A DNA stretch of 64,000 nt from Hormiphora californensis (taxonomy: Eukaryota; Animalia; Ctenophora). The number at the start of each line of letters is the position of its first letter. Within the stretch, counting starts at the first letter, position 1. The position numbers were made by a program, and so were the translations under genes. Location of the stretch: positions 7,068,001 to 7,132,000 of the forward strand of contig CM035360.1 of NCBI GenBank assembly GCA_020137815.1, given 5' to 3'. The notes beneath the pieces were generated by a model. It made no database searches, was not told where the DNA came from, and saw only the letters and a list, made by a program, of their open reading frames with translations. This document shows positions 62,033 through 64,000 of the stretch, one piece after another.

Positions 62033-64000
62033 ATGGGTGATAGTGGTGATGATTATGATGACCGACATCGCCGGGATAAGTTTAAGAGGGAGAGAGATGA
62101 TGAGAGAGAACACAGAGGTCCCCGAGAGGACTTTGATCACCGGTCGAGGTCCCGGGATTATGACAGAAGGCCGAGAGATTATGATAGATATCGAGAGAGA
62201 TCTCCCTCCCACAAACGGGCCAAGCGAGAGTAAGTAGTGGCGTTTTAAAATGGCATTTGTAATTTCCATCAATCAATGCATACTGTAATTCGGCTGGTAT
62301 ATTCAATTTGTTTTCGTAACACGTTGTTTTTAACCTCCCTGTTTTCTTTCAGTGGTTCTCCTGGACAGGGTGGTATGCCGCCTTTCTACCCTCCACCAGC
62401 CTACCCACCTCCCTATGGGATGCCTCCCCCTGCTGCTCACCATTGGCCCATGTCCCACCCCCAACACGACAAGAACGGGTTAGTGGGAGTTAGTTATATA
62501 GGAAATGTATCGTTATTACATTCTGGATTTGTTCTAGGACAAAAGACCGGGGATTATCTAGGATGACATCCTAGATGTTTGGACAAGGTTTTTCCCCGTG
62601 TCTTCTCCGTTGACGAGGTTTAATCTTTATACTGCAGGTACGGAGGAAGGAGGGGCGATAATAACAACAACAATTCACACTCCGATGAACAGTACATGAA
62701 GCGCTTCAAGCATTTCGTTGCTACACTCAAGGTTGGTACCATGTTTCTCTTTTTTTTAATGCTTAATTTCCTTATCACACAGTTTGGCAGTGAAACTGTA
62801 ATTCTTGTTGATTAACGAACTCTCTATCGTCTTAGTTCCTACCCCCACCTGTTTTGTGTACAATCTTCATTCTTCAATACATTGAAAACTCTCTCCTTCA
62901 TCAGGACGATATAGAGGAAGATGACGCTGTTTCCTCGTACAAAGTATACAAACGGGATTTCAAGAAAACCAGTATCACTAAATTCTTCAAAGCACATCAA
63001 AAGGAGGAATGGTAAGAACTCTTTTTTATTGTTGTCAGAATAATTTCGTGGTGTAACACAGAACACTTATATGATTGAAAAAAATATGTTTACTAAGTTT
63101 AAAGGCCGAAATGTATTTAAAGATTAAGACTGATACCCCTATCACCAGGTTGAGGGAGAGATACCATCCTGACTATGTGGAGCCAAGAAAGAAGGAACTG
63201 AAACAGTGGAAGGCAGCCAGATTGGATATTTTCAAGAAGATCCAAGAGATGGGGTACTTTGATAACACTGGAGTGTGCCACGAGGACCAGGATAAGCTAA
63301 TGAAGGCTCTTGATGCTGCTGTTATCCTTATGGAAGGTAGGTCGCCATTTGAGCAGGTAGTAGGTACTGATTCCTAATTTCACAATATCTCATGTTTACT
63401 GTTGCATTGCTGGATAAGTTGCCCGTAACATGTTTCTCTCTCTCCCCTAAAGGTGGGACTGCTCATGATCTGACTATTCTTGATGGAAGGGACGGTAACT
63501 CAGACAAACCACTAATTGCCATCCCTGTTGCTAAGATGAAGAAAGAAGAGGGGGAGAAGGAGGAAGGAGCCGCTGATTCAGATGATGACGAGGGAGCTGT
63601 AAAAGATGGTACGCTACAAATCCTTTAGAGTTTGAGTTATAGTTCGACACTAATCCTTTAGTGTTAGAGTCTAATATGTCTGTGTATTTCAGATGACTCA
63701 GAGACAGGATCAGAGGGCAAACTACCTCAGCCTCTTCACAAGCCCCAATCACTCTTTGTGCGATCCCTTACTCCTCTTATCACAAAGGAAGACATGCTCC
63801 AGGTACTAACTTTGCTATAATTCAAATTACCAGAAGGTGTGAATTGTGCATTATTGAGTTGGCACTTTCTTGGAAAGAAGACAAAATATAACGTTTCCCC
63901 AGGTGGTCAAACAACAGGAAATCCCTGGTTTTCTACGTCTCTCAATGGCTGAGCCACTCCCCGAGAGAAAGTAAGAATCCCGGGGTTTGAACTACATTAC
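62033..64000 (+). CDS. SRRT: Serrate RNA effector / ARS2, multi-exon, 3'-partial
   Basis: MGDSGDDYDDRHRRDKFKRER N-terminus; DDIEEDDAVSSYKVYKRDF..FFKAHQKEEW|LRERYHPD; LDAAVILMEG; LHKPQSLFVRSL; PGFLRLSMAEP. Confidence 0.93.

Overview
Eukaryotic, intron-containing invertebrate-type genomic DNA, rich in repeats and (AG)n microsatellites. A ctenophore or other non-model invertebrate is a guess and cannot be confirmed from this window. Spliced genes reconstructed by hand: 3' part of a phosphatidate cytidylyltransferase (CDS1/2; +, exons 3358-13645); a three-exon 10-Cys macin-like antimicrobial peptide gene absent from the ORF track (-, 20798-21300), head-to-head with a secreted mosaic serine protease (trypsin-CUB-like-LDLa-SRCR; +, 22167-24740); a small two-C2H2 zinc-finger ORF; a MAK/ICK kinase (+, 33353-43929); a compact Elongin A (-, 45090-48223); an FBXO31-like F-box gene; a GLRX5-like protein lacking the CGFS motif; DTWD2; and the 5' part of SRRT/ARS2. 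Accessory DNA: an inverted pair of disrupted PAN/ricin-like membrane-protein genes inside a CDS intron; a decayed class I viral fusion (env-like) gene with an RKKR furin site and fusion peptide; a near-intact L2/CR1-type LINE split by a MITE with an 8-bp TSD; many MITEs (hAT-like, pogo-like, IS3EU-like, nested); DINE-1/Helentron-like repeats; long palindromes; GAA-loop branched hairpins; and minisatellites. Several single-base insertions in otherwise conserved genes suggest residual long-read assembly errors, so frameshift-based pseudogene calls need caution.
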